From: an uncultured Syntrophales bacterium
Lineage (GTDB): Bacteria; Desulfobacterota; Syntrophia; Syntrophales; JADFWA01
Length of the DNA stretch: 64,000 bases
Assembly (NCBI GenBank): GCA_964454305.1
Contig: CAYVXX010000003.1
Span: 74-64,073 of the forward strand
Direction: 5' to 3'
In this document: in pieces, positions 19,507 through 28,365 of the stretch
How the letters are laid out: each line of letters opens with the position of its first letter
How positions within the stretch are numbered: the first letter of the stretch is position 1
Made by a program: the position numbers and the translations under genes
The notes under the pieces: model-generated
Told to the model about the DNA's origin: nothing
Seen by the model: the letters and a program-made list of their open reading frames with translations, nothing else
The model's database searches: none

Positions 19507-20460
19507 ATGATGAAACTCTTTAACCCCGAAATGCCGGTCGATATCGTTTACACCTGGGTGGATGGCAACAGTGAGTCATACCGGTCACTTTATAAGCGAT
19601 ATGCCAAAAAAAACGAAGATCTGAATCCTGAACGCTATCGTGATGTCTACACCATGTTGAGGTATAGCCTGAGGTCTATTGAAAAATATATCCCATGGTA
19701 TCGGAATATCTATATAATAACTCAGCGTCCCCAAGTGCCGGATTGGCTGAAACTCCCTCATCCTCAAGTCAAGGTCATTCACCATGATGAGATTTTCGAT
19801 TCAGAATACCTGCCGACGTTCAATTCAAATGTCATTGAAAGCTACATTCACCGGATTCCCGATTTATCCGATTATTTCCTCTATCTCAATGACGATTTCC
19901 TCTTCGGCAGAGAGACCTTTAAGGGTGATTTTATTACGAATGAAGGGAAAATCAATATCTTTGGGACTCTTTTCGGGGAACGTTTGAAATTCAGGGTTTA
20001 CGATACCAGGTGGAATATCTTTTCTTACGGGTTTGTCGAGCATACACCGTTGTTCATCTGTAAAAAGGCCTGGGAATTGATGTTATCTGAGCAAAAAGAA
20101 GAAGTACATAAAACCCGGCTCAACAGGTTCCGTACAGATTATGATCTCGCCATGGATAAACTTTACCGGTATTATATGCTTTCAAAAATGAGAAATTACT
20201 CCCGGGCGGTTCCTGCACTCGAAGTTTTGAAATATCATCGCTTTCATAAGATTACAAACGGTGTGACCGGACAGAAAAAAGGGATTGACAGGCTGAAAAA
20301 GATGAGGCCCAAATTCTATTGTCTCAATGATGATCAGCGTCAAAATCCTAATGAAACCGTCGTCAGGCTTGTTAAAAATTTCTTGGACGAAAACTATCCT
20401 GAGCCGTCCTCATTTGAACTGAACAGCGAGCGCATTCCCCGCTGCTTGCGGCGGGGTTAG
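19507..20460 (+). CDS. Stealth-family hexose-1-phosphoryltransferase
   Basis: Stealth conserved regions: CR1 VDIVYTWVDGNSESY, CR2 LRYSLRSIEKYIPWYRNIYIITQ, CR3 YLNDDFLFG. The last ~16 codons lie inside a repeat element. Confidence 0.85.
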   Translation: MMKLFNPEMPVDIVYTWVDGNSESYRSLYKRYAKKNEDLNPERYRDVYTMLRYSLRSIEKYIPWYRNIYIITQRPQVPDWLKLPHPQVKVIHHDEIFDSEYLPTFNSNVIESYIHRIPDLSDYFLYLNDDFLFGRETFKGDFITNEGKINIFGTLFGERLKFRVYDTRWNIFSYGFVEHTPLFICKKAWELMLSEQKEEVHKTRLNRFRTDYDLAMDKLYRYYMLSKMRNYSRAVPALEVLKYHRFHKITNGVTGQKKGIDRLKKMRPKFYCLNDDQRQNPNETVVRLVKNFLDENYPEPSSFELNSERIPRCLRRG

Positions 20461-20530
20461 CGAGCGAATAAAAACAACAATCTTCCTTACCAGTCGGAGA
20501 TTTCCCGCAACTTGTTGCGGGGAGCTTCAA
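20413..20530 (+). repeat. composite copy of an intergenic repeat family (two hairpins with CTTG loops)
   Basis: TTTGAACTGAACAGCGAGCGCATTCCCCGCTGCTTGCGGCGGGG, then TAGCGAGCGAATAAAAAC...CCTTACCAGTCGGAGATTTCCCGCAACTTGTTGCGGGGAGCTTCAA. Related copies at 41072, 44918 and 45243. Confidence 0.8.
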
Positions 20531-20568
20531 AAGTAGGCGGCCTGTTGTTCCGGGTACTCATACTACGA

Positions 20569-21270
20569 TCATTCAACTTTTTTTGATTTTTTGGGGTGCC
20601 AGTATCCTGTTTCCTTGTCCTGCCAGGCATTTTCTCCTATATACCCGAACATGTGGACGAGATATGTCTCTAACTGGTTCGGCACGAACGTGCTTTCTCC
20701 CATAAAAGTTGTCTCTGTAAGAGGGTAGACGTAATCTTTGGGAAAGGGCTTCAAATCCCCCTGAACGGTGCTCGTGATGTAACACCGCAGTCGGGAAGAC
20801 AGGTCTTCGTAAAAATAGATATCAGCTTCCCATCCTTTGTAAGACACATAGAGTTTCGGGCCGGGATGTTTGTAACTGGTATCGTACATTGAAAATCCCC
20901 GGGGCAGCCTCCGCCGGTTCTCCCAGATTTTTTTATATTCCCTTTCATGTGCCCCGAAGTCGATATCGTAATCATGGCGCATTATTTGGCCCTCTCTGTA
21001 ATACCCCAGCAGTGTTCCGAATACCAGCCAGTATTCGACGTCGAGCTCCCGTAAAAAACGGTTGGTCACCTTGAAGAGTTCTTCCAATGCTTTTAGCTTG
21101 CCGGAGTTTTTAGCGTTCCAGGGACGGGAAAAACGGGCATGACGAATTAAAAGTCGAAAATTTCTCCGTATTGCGTCAAAGGCATGCATTGTGTTATATA
21201 CTTTATTCTGACTGAGCATCAAATATCCATTATCATTTATAGTGATGAAACCGGGCAAAGTGTAGCACAA
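20569..21270 (-). CDS. LicD-family phospho(no)-headgroup transferase
   Basis: LicD nucleotidyltransferase-fold core YWLVFGTLLGYYREGQIMRHDYDIDF. Start uncertain (internal Met codons at about 21219 and 21189). Confidence 0.75.
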   Translation of the reverse strand: MCYTLPGFITINDNGYLMLSQNKVYNTMHAFDAIRRNFRLLIRHARFSRPWNAKNSGKLKALEELFKVTNRFLRELDVEYWLVFGTLLGYYREGQIMRHDYDIDFGAHEREYKKIWENRRRLPRGFSMYDTSYKHPGPKLYVSYKGWEADIYFYEDLSSRLRCYITSTVQGDLKPFPKDYVYPLTETTFMGESTFVPNQLETYLVHMFGYIGENAWQDKETGYWHPKKSKKVE

Positions 21271-21317
21271 ATAGCCGGTTAAGCAAACTCTTCATGACAA
21301 TTTTGTGGAGTATGTAA

Positions 21318-22064
21318 ATGAAGGCCATTGTCCTGGCGGCGGGTTCCGGAAATCGATTAAGCAGCGCTTTTGATGATCCCAAATGTCTTATTCCAATCGG
21401 CGGTATCCCCCTTCTCAAAAGATATCTTGAAGGCTTTTACGCAGCAGGGATAGATCAAGTCGTACTCGTCGCGGGGTACCGCATGGAAAAGATCGTCGAG
21501 TATATTAAAAACCTTTCCGTCGAGTTTCCTATGCACATCCTTATGAACAAGGATTATGAGAAAGGGAGCATCGTGTCCCTATGGACCGCGGAGGAATGGC
21601 TCTCCGGCGATATACTCTTGATGGACGGTGATCTCTATTTCGAACGGGATTTTCTGTCGAGGGCTATGACGTCCATGAAACAGAATTTCTTTCTAATTGA
21701 TTCCACTGCTCGAAACGATGGCGAGGCCGTTATGGTAGGTTTCAGGGAGGGAAGAGCTGTAAATCTTGCACGGGGGCTCTACGGTGAATTCGATCTTGTA
21801 GGAGAATGGGCCGGGGGGATAAAACTCTCCCCCGAAGGGACATCGCTTCTCAGAGACGTTGTATGCCGTCAGATAGAAGAGGGAAATACCGAAAAAGGGT
21901 ACGAATTTATCGTTCCCCAACTGTTTGATATGATAGATCTTTCATATGAGCTGATCGACGGCTGCAACTGGATTGAAATCGATTTTCCCGGTGATATGGA
22001 ACAGGCTGAAAAAATGGATCAAGGTATCAGAAAGAAGGAAAAATCTCATGACAAAAGCGCGTAA
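21318..22064 (+). CDS. LicC/PntC-like nucleotidyl(cytidylyl)transferase
   Basis: N-terminal MKAIVLAAGSGNRL ... PKCLIPIGG NTP-transferase signature. 248 aa. Overlaps the next gene by 17 nt. Confidence 0.8.
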   Translation: MKAIVLAAGSGNRLSSAFDDPKCLIPIGGIPLLKRYLEGFYAAGIDQVVLVAGYRMEKIVEYIKNLSVEFPMHILMNKDYEKGSIVSLWTAEEWLSGDILLMDGDLYFERDFLSRAMTSMKQNFFLIDSTARNDGEAVMVGFREGRAVNLARGLYGEFDLVGEWAGGIKLSPEGTSLLRDVVCRQIEEGNTEKGYEFIVPQLFDMIDLSYELIDGCNWIEIDFPGDMEQAEKMDQGIRKKEKSHDKSA

Positions 22065-23709
22065 GTTACGAGAACTGATCGGAAGCCCTCACATTACCCG
22101 TGTCGCCGGGGCGCATAATCCTCTCGGCGCAAAACTAATAGAATCGGCCGGTTTCCCGGCCATCTGGTCCAGCGGGTTGGAAATTTCGGCGGCCCAGGCC
22201 CTCCCTGATGCGAATATTCTAACGATGACGGAATTCCTGGAAGCCGCCTCATCTATGAGCGATGCCGTGGATATTCCGGTTATAGCCGATTGCGATACAG
22301 GATTCGGGAATTCAAACAATGTCATCCATATGGTTAAGAGGTACGAAAAGGCCGGAATTGCCGCTGTCTGCATTGAGGATAAGCGTTTCCCCAAGATGAA
22401 CAGCTTTATTCCGGGCCGGCAGGAACTGGCAACCATAGCGGAGTTTGTCGGAAGGATCATGGCGGCCAAAAATGCCCAGTCCGATCCCGATTTCATGGTA
22501 ATCGCCCGGATTGAGGCCTTTATCGCGGGGCAGGGAATCGAAGAGGCTTTAAAAAGAGGCCACGCGTACGCCGATGCGGGCGCAGACGCGATTCTTATTC
22601 ATTCCAAATCACAAAACCCCGATGAAATATACGAATTTGCAGCGAGATGGGACAGGGAGCTTCCGCTGGTGGCAATTCCCACGACGTACTATAACGTTAC
22701 AACCGAGGAGTTGGAGAAAGCGGGATTTGCGGTTGTTATCTATGCCAACCAGGGAATGAGGGCAGCCCTTCGTGCCATGAGGGAGACCTTTGAAGAAATA
22801 TACCGGGCGGGTACCTCACGAACCGTGGAAACGGAGATAGCCTCTCTTCAGGAGATTTTTGAAATCCAGGATATACAGGGCATGAAGGATGCCGAGAAAC
22901 TCTATATGCACACTGGAAATCAGGAGGTTGTTGCCGTTATTCCTGCTGCGGGTGACCACCTGGAAGAATATTCCATGAAGGAAATTTCTTCGGATATTCC
23001 CATAGCTGCCCTCGATATCAACGGGAAAACGCTCCTTCAAAGACAGGTTGAAACGCTTAACAAGTCCGGGATACAGGAGATTCATGTGATCGGGGGATAC
23101 AAAAAGGATCGGATAGATGCAAAGAACGTTCATCTCCTCGAAAACATTGAATATGAAAATACGGGAATGCTTCATTCCATTATGTGTGCCCGTGACTTCA
23201 TTCAGGGAAAGGTTTTCGTAGTATATGGTGATATCCTTTTCGATCGGGTTCTCCTCGAAGAACTTCTCCAGGTGGAGGAGGATATCGTGATTCTGGTTGA
23301 TCCTAATTATGACGCAAAGAAGTATGGTTCGGAAAAGAAGATTGATCTTGTTATTTCTGAAGGGAGGCCGATAAAGACAAAACGGAGATTGAGAGAGACT
23401 CCCCTAAGTAAGGTTTTAAAAATCGGACTTGACGTCAATCCTTCGGAGGCCCATTATGAATTTCCCGGCTTGATGGCACTCTCGCCGAGGGGCAGTGAAA
23501 TCGTAAAGGAAGTTTACGAATCGGCCTCAAAGCGTTATGGGGGAAAGCCGTTTCACAGCGCCCCCAATTTTGAAAGAGCCGTGTTGGCCGACCTGCTACA
23601 GGAGATTGTCAACGCCGGGCATCCTGTCGTATGTATGGAAAGTGATTCCGGATGGCTGGAGGTTCATTCAATGGATGACTACAAACTGGCCTGTTCCATG
23701 ACCAGATAA
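22048..23709 (+). CDS. pepM: phosphoenolpyruvate mutase fused to a C-terminal nucleotidyltransferase domain
   Basis: N-terminal isocitrate-lyase/PEP-mutase fold: GAHNPLGAKLIE, ADCDTGFGN, CIEDKRFPKMNSF. From about 22926: VVAVIPAAGDH ... INGKTLLQRQV ... VIGGYKKD NTP-transferase fold. Start at MTKARKL (22048) preferred over 21973. Confidence 0.9.
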   Translation: MTKARKLRELIGSPHITRVAGAHNPLGAKLIESAGFPAIWSSGLEISAAQALPDANILTMTEFLEAASSMSDAVDIPVIADCDTGFGNSNNVIHMVKRYEKAGIAAVCIEDKRFPKMNSFIPGRQELATIAEFVGRIMAAKNAQSDPDFMVIARIEAFIAGQGIEEALKRGHAYADAGADAILIHSKSQNPDEIYEFAARWDRELPLVAIPTTYYNVTTEELEKAGFAVVIYANQGMRAALRAMRETFEEIYRAGTSRTVETEIASLQEIFEIQDIQGMKDAEKLYMHTGNQEVVAVIPAAGDHLEEYSMKEISSDIPIAALDINGKTLLQRQVETLNKSGIQEIHVIGGYKKDRIDAKNVHLLENIEYENTGMLHSIMCARDFIQGKVFVVYGDILFDRVLLEELLQVEEDIVILVDPNYDAKKYGSEKKIDLVISEGRPIKTKRRLRETPLSKVLKIGLDVNPSEAHYEFPGLMALSPRGSEIVKEVYESASKRYGGKPFHSAPNFERAVLADLLQEIVNAGHPVVCMESDSGWLEVHSMDDYKLACSMTR

Positions 23710-23712
23710 GGT

Positions 23713-24210
23713 TTGACCGCTATGATTTCCCCAGATTCGTTTTGGAGCTATTTAAAAAGTAAGAATTTTACGTTTTTCTCCGGGGTTCCCTGTTCCATCC
23801 TGAAAGGCATTCTCAATGCGGCCCTCTCGGACCCGGAAATCACCTATATTCCGGCAGTACGGGAAAACGCCGCTCTCGGTGTTGCGAGCGGGGCCTATCT
23901 TGCGGGACGGAAAAGCGGCATATTGATTCAAAATTCCGGACTGGGCAACAGTATAAACGGCCTGACCTCATTCAACCTGATCTACAGGATTCCGGTTCTC
24001 ATGTTCATAACCTGGCGCGGGTATGAGGGTAAGGATGCTCCGGAACACATCATAATGGGAGAGAAGACCACAGGGCTCCTCGAGATGTTAAACATTCCGC
24101 ATGTCGTGATGAGTGAACATTTTGAGGGGGAGATCGATTGGGCCGTCCGTGAGATGGAAGAGCGATCCTTACCCGTTGCCATCATTCTGAAGAAGGGACT
24201 CATCGAATGA
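23713..24210 (+). CDS. phosphonopyruvate decarboxylase, alpha (N-terminal ThDP) subunit
   Basis: 165 aa, ThDP-enzyme PYR domain (FFSGVPCSILKG, ENAALGVASGAYLAG). TTG start at 23713, or ATG at 23722. 4-nt overlap with the beta subunit gene. Confidence 0.8.
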   Translation: MTAMISPDSFWSYLKSKNFTFFSGVPCSILKGILNAALSDPEITYIPAVRENAALGVASGAYLAGRKSGILIQNSGLGNSINGLTSFNLIYRIPVLMFITWRGYEGKDAPEHIIMGEKTTGLLEMLNIPHVVMSEHFEGEIDWAVREMEERSLPVAIILKKGLIE

Positions 24211-24764
24211 CGCGATCCGAAGCCATCAAGACAATTCTGAATGTATTGAGAGACGAGGATATTGCCCTTTTCACCACCGGCATGATCAGCCGGGAAGCCT
24301 TCGATTATAACGACAGAACGTCCAATTTTTATATGATCGGATCCATGGGACTCGTCTCATCGGTAGGTCTCGGTATCGCCTTGAATACGGATAGAAGCGT
24401 CTTCATCTTCGACGGGGACGGCAGCGCCTTAATGGATCTCGGCACCATGGCGCTCATTGCCGCCGAGCGCCCTGCCAACCTATTTCATATCGTACTGGAC
24501 AACGAGTGTTACCAATCGACGGGAAACCAGCCCACTATCGCAGAAAAGGTCGATCTCGCCGCGGTGGCGGTGGCCGCGGGGTATGCAAGCGTCTCCACGG
24601 TTTCGGATACCGGTGGATTGAAGAATGAGTTTGAAAAGGTCGACGGGATTTCGGGCCCGTATTTTTTACTTGTCAAGGTGGAAAATGGACGTCCTGAAGA
24701 TGTATCCAGAGTGGAACATACACCCGACTATTTGACCCAACGGCTGAAGGAGGTATTGGAATGA
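24207..24764 (+). CDS. phosphonopyruvate decarboxylase, beta (C-terminal ThDP) subunit
   Basis: ThDP-binding motif GSMGLVSSVGLGIAL ... DGDGSALMDLG ... NECYQSTGNQ. 4-nt overlaps on both sides. Confidence 0.8.
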   Translation: MTRSEAIKTILNVLRDEDIALFTTGMISREAFDYNDRTSNFYMIGSMGLVSSVGLGIALNTDRSVFIFDGDGSALMDLGTMALIAAERPANLFHIVLDNECYQSTGNQPTIAEKVDLAAVAVAAGYASVSTVSDTGGLKNEFEKVDGISGPYFLLVKVENGRPEDVSRVEHTPDYLTQRLKEVLE

Positions 24765-25831
24765 TCATTTTGTCACCGGGACCTGCAAATATATCGGAGC
24801 GAGTGAGGAACGCAATGCTCCTTCCCGACATATGTCACCGCGATTCCGAGTTCAGGGAACTGCTCAAGGAAATAAGAAAAAACATACTGAAAGTATGCAA
24901 CGTAGGAGATGGCTTCAAGAATGCCGTCTTCAGCGGATCGGGGACTCTGGCCGTCGAGAGTGCCCTTTCCGCATTGACCGGATGGGACAAAAAGGTTTTG
25001 ATTATATCGAACGGGGCTTACGGAGAAAGGGCCTCGGCTATCTGCAGATTGCATGGGGTACCGAACGAAGAGATGCGGCTGCCCTGGGGTGAACTTCCCG
25101 ATCTCAATAAGGTAGAGGCCGAGCTGAAAAAAGATCATTTCGGGGCTGTCTACATTGTCCATCACGAAACCACAACGGGACTGCTCAATCCTCTTCCTGA
25201 CGTTGCTGAAATTGCGCGCCGAAAGGGAAAACTGATGCTGGTCGACGGCATCAGCAGCATCGCCGGTGAAGCGCTGGACCTTGAAGGCTGGGGTATCGAT
25301 ATGATCACGGGATCGGCCAACAAATGTATCCGGGGAGTTCCCGGCGCTTCTTTTGCGGTAGTCAGCGACAGGTTCATAAAGGAGATCGAAGTGTGCCGGA
25401 ACCCTATCTTTTATGGAGATCTCTTAAAATACATCGATGCTGAGGGTAACGGCGAGACCCCCTTCACGCCCGCCGTTCAGGTCTTCTATGCCTTCAGGGA
25501 AGCCCTCAGGGAGACCCTGGAAGAGGGGATCGATAACAGGATCAAGCGGTACCGTGTCGTAGCGAAACGGCTCAGAGACGGCCTCGTATCAATCGGTCTT
25601 GAATTTTATATTCCTGAAGCGGCAATGTCCAACACGATGACAGCCGTGTACCTGCCCGACGGGTTTGATTACAAGACACTCCATGATCGCTGTAAGCAGA
25701 GGGGATATGTGATTTATCCATCCCAGGGGGATCTGGCGAGGACGACATTTCGTTTGGGAACCGTGGGGATTATTGCGGAAAGAGATATCGATAATTTCCT
25801 GGACGTTTTCCGATCGATCATTCTGCCCTGA
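24761..25831 (+). CDS. phnW: 2-aminoethylphosphonate:pyruvate aminotransferase (class V)
   Basis: Class V aminotransferase with PLP-lysine motif GSANKCIRGVPG. Position directly after Ppm/Ppd matches the canonical AEP pathway order. Confidence 0.8.
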   Translation: MIILSPGPANISERVRNAMLLPDICHRDSEFRELLKEIRKNILKVCNVGDGFKNAVFSGSGTLAVESALSALTGWDKKVLIISNGAYGERASAICRLHGVPNEEMRLPWGELPDLNKVEAELKKDHFGAVYIVHHETTTGLLNPLPDVAEIARRKGKLMLVDGISSIAGEALDLEGWGIDMITGSANKCIRGVPGASFAVVSDRFIKEIEVCRNPIFYGDLLKYIDAEGNGETPFTPAVQVFYAFREALRETLEEGIDNRIKRYRVVAKRLRDGLVSIGLEFYIPEAAMSNTMTAVYLPDGFDYKTLHDRCKQRGYVIYPSQGDLARTTFRLGTVGIIAERDIDNFLDVFRSIILP

Positions 25832-26050
25832 TATACAAGTGGCAAGAATGAAGGCTTAAAAATACTTTTTTGGAAGGTCAAAGAAACACATTACACTTAC
25901 AACTGAAGGATTTTATAAAAGTCTCGAGTTTGAGTATTACGAAAAGAAAGAGAGCGAGCGGGTGTTTGCCGGTAAATGCCTAATTATCGACCACCCATGC
26001 AGTATCAACTATCACCCGTCAGGCGAAATGCCGCATGGCTGATTCAGCAT

Positions 26051-27214
26051 TCAAGCTTGCCCATCGAAGAAGCGGATTGTATTGCGCCCGCCTTCCTTCG
26101 CTTGATACATCGCTATATCGGCCCCCTTGATGATCTCTTCCTGGCTGGCTACATGATTGATAAACAGCACCACGCCGATACTCGATGTGCAATGATGTTC
26201 CACCGTGGTTTCTGCATCCCCTTCATGTTTGCACGTTAATAAATAAGGTTCCGCCAGAACGGTGCGGATTTTTTCGGCGACAACGCCTGCATGCGCAATA
26301 GATAGTTCTTTATTCTCGTCCAACTCGCTGAGCATCACCACGAACTCATCGCCACCAAAACGTGCGACGGTGTCCATTTCACGCACACAACGGGTGATGC
26401 GATGTGCCACTTCGATTAGCAGCAAATCACCCACATCATGTCCGTGCGTATCATTGAGCGGTTTGAAGTTATCCAAATCCAGAAATATCACCGTGCCATA
26501 ACGTCCGCTGCGTTTGCTGGCGGCCATCGCCTGCCCCAGGCGGTCGTTTAGCAGGCGGCGATTGGGAAGTCGTGTCAAGGTGTCATAGAAAGCAAGGTTG
26601 CGAACCTGTTCCTCGGCTTTCTTGCGCTCGGTGATGTCCTCCGTAATGCCAATCAGTTTTTCAACGCTGTCATTACTGTTCATGATGGGAACAAAGCAGG
26701 ATTTCCAAATCTGTCCCCGCGGTCCGCTGGCTATAAATTCGAAGTGGCTGGTTTCCCCGGCATACGCTTTGGCAAGCAATTTCCCTATGCGCTCCCGGTC
26801 GGCAGCGCTGACTCCGTCCAGATATAAAGAGCCTTGTATCTCGCCTTCCCCTTTGAATCCATGCATGAGAATACCTGCCCGGCTCATGGAGATTATCCTG
26901 CCATCCATGTCTATCTCGTGAATGCTCACGGGAGAGTTTTCGAGGAGCAGGCGGTGATTATTTTCTCTTTCACGCAAGGCACGGGTGATCTTCTCGGTTT
27001 CCAGACGAGCCTCCTCCAGTTCCACGGTTCGTTGACGCACCTGATCTTCAAGAGTAACTGCGGTCTGGAACAGGTTGAAGTCCGACCCCAGAATACTTGC
27101 GTTGCGTTCGGCGCGATTCATCAATGACTGAATGATCTTGTTAAGACGTGCGATCTCGGCCTGCAAGGCCTGTTCGTTCGCGCCGGATACCGGCGGCCCC
27201 ACTTGGTCAGGCAT
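26051..27214 (-). CDS. PAS-domain diguanylate cyclase (GGDEF)
   Basis: Coiled-coil, then PAS (NSPVSIHEIDMDGRIISMS), then GGDEF with intact RFGGDEFVV. Start placed at MPDQVG (ATG 27214), which overlaps the upstream stop (GATGCCTGA). Confidence 0.85.
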   Translation of the reverse strand: MPDQVGPPVSGANEQALQAEIARLNKIIQSLMNRAERNASILGSDFNLFQTAVTLEDQVRQRTVELEEARLETEKITRALRERENNHRLLLENSPVSIHEIDMDGRIISMSRAGILMHGFKGEGEIQGSLYLDGVSAADRERIGKLLAKAYAGETSHFEFIASGPRGQIWKSCFVPIMNSNDSVEKLIGITEDITERKKAEEQVRNLAFYDTLTRLPNRRLLNDRLGQAMAASKRSGRYGTVIFLDLDNFKPLNDTHGHDVGDLLLIEVAHRITRCVREMDTVARFGGDEFVVMLSELDENKELSIAHAGVVAEKIRTVLAEPYLLTCKHEGDAETTVEHHCTSSIGVVLFINHVASQEEIIKGADIAMYQAKEGGRNTIRFFDGQA

Positions 27215-28365
27215 CGCGCGGTTCCCTCGTTGATTCTGGGGCAGAGCCGATGGCAATCCCGGTGAGAGTCTGGTTGACATGTACACCGTGGAACTGTTCG
27301 CCGTAGGTGCTAAAACCTACGGTGTTGTTGCGACTAAAAATCTCCCCGACGCGATCTTTCAAACCATTCTGGGAAACTTCCAGATTCCGCAGGATGCAGT
27401 CGCAGCCAATAACGAGTTGGGGCGGCCCGATTTCCTCCCGGATTTTGTCGAAAGTCTGCTCCAGGTTCTCCATCAGATCCACGCCATGCGCCACCCTGAA
27501 CACCACCCCCTCCTCGATGGCGCAAAAGAAAGTCAGGCTGCCATCGGCATTCGCTTTCTGGATAGAACGCACATAGTCCGTGCCATCTATCATCACCACG
27601 ACGGGCGAAGTGGCGAAACGCTGGGGACTGAGCTCATGCATGCCAACACCCACCAGCCGGGCATACTCTCCGGCAGCGGGCAGTCCATTGATCTCCTTGA
27701 CGATGCGTCTGGTGGGATCGGCTTCCGTAACCACCAGACGTTTATCGGTGGGAACAAAATGCTGGGTCTTGAATATCCTGAAAGGCAAGGACGTGCTAAT
27801 CAGAATCAGTACGGCACTATCGGAACGAAAGCGGCCATCGCTATAAACACAGGTTTTGGCAAATTTCAGGTCGTCACCCGCCGAACCGCGGTATCTTGCC
27901 CAACGCATGCTGCAACGCATGCGCCACCGGCTCTTCACGAATGGACAAACCATCAATCAGCAGCAGTGCGAAGCTCTTATCCGGGCTTGCATCCGGGGCT
28001 TTGCTTTCAAGTCGCTGTAACAGGGCTTGGGCAAAATCATTCCCTCTGGCGATTTCGAATTGGCTCAAACGATCCAGCAGTCCACTGACGGCCACGCAAC
28101 TGCCCTTAGGGAAGCTCACTCCGGACAGGCTATGCTGATAATAACCGGCTGGCCCGATTTCCCCGGCCGTGGTGCATCCCACCACTTGAATCCCGGCAAA
28201 CAGGCGGTTAATTTCCGCAGCCAGCGCATCGAGGTCGTATTCGCTGGAGCAAAAGAAGATCACCAGTTCCATGTTCGGCTGCGCCACCGCTGCATGAAAT
28301 TCCTCTGCCACCTGGCGAGCCTCCGTTGCACACGATTGCGCCATGCGAATATTCAGAATGCTCAT
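27207..28365 (-). pseudogene. FIST-domain sensor protein, interrupted by a 1-nt frameshift
   Basis: ORF 27874-28365 (FIST_N-like) ends ...ALGKIPRFGG*. ORF 27207-27956 continues in another frame with ...GSAGDDLKFAKTCVY... (FIST core) and FIST_C. The frames join if one nt in CCGCGG (27886-27891) is removed. Confidence 0.6.

Noticed and set aside
21973-22047. Longer N-terminal extensions offered by the ORF track: PEP mutase from 21973, rel from 61747, cupin from 57199, ABC exporter from 19337, GGDEF from 27286, NT/PLP fusion from 31642, thioredoxin-like from 1379.
   Set aside because: For the PEP mutase, rel, GGDEF and ABC exporter genes, the internal starts coincide with the beginning of family homology and/or remove large overlaps with the preceding gene. 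For the cupin, thioredoxin-like and NT/PLP fusion genes, the internal ATG follows a good Shine-Dalgarno sequence. The extensions have no homology-like features.
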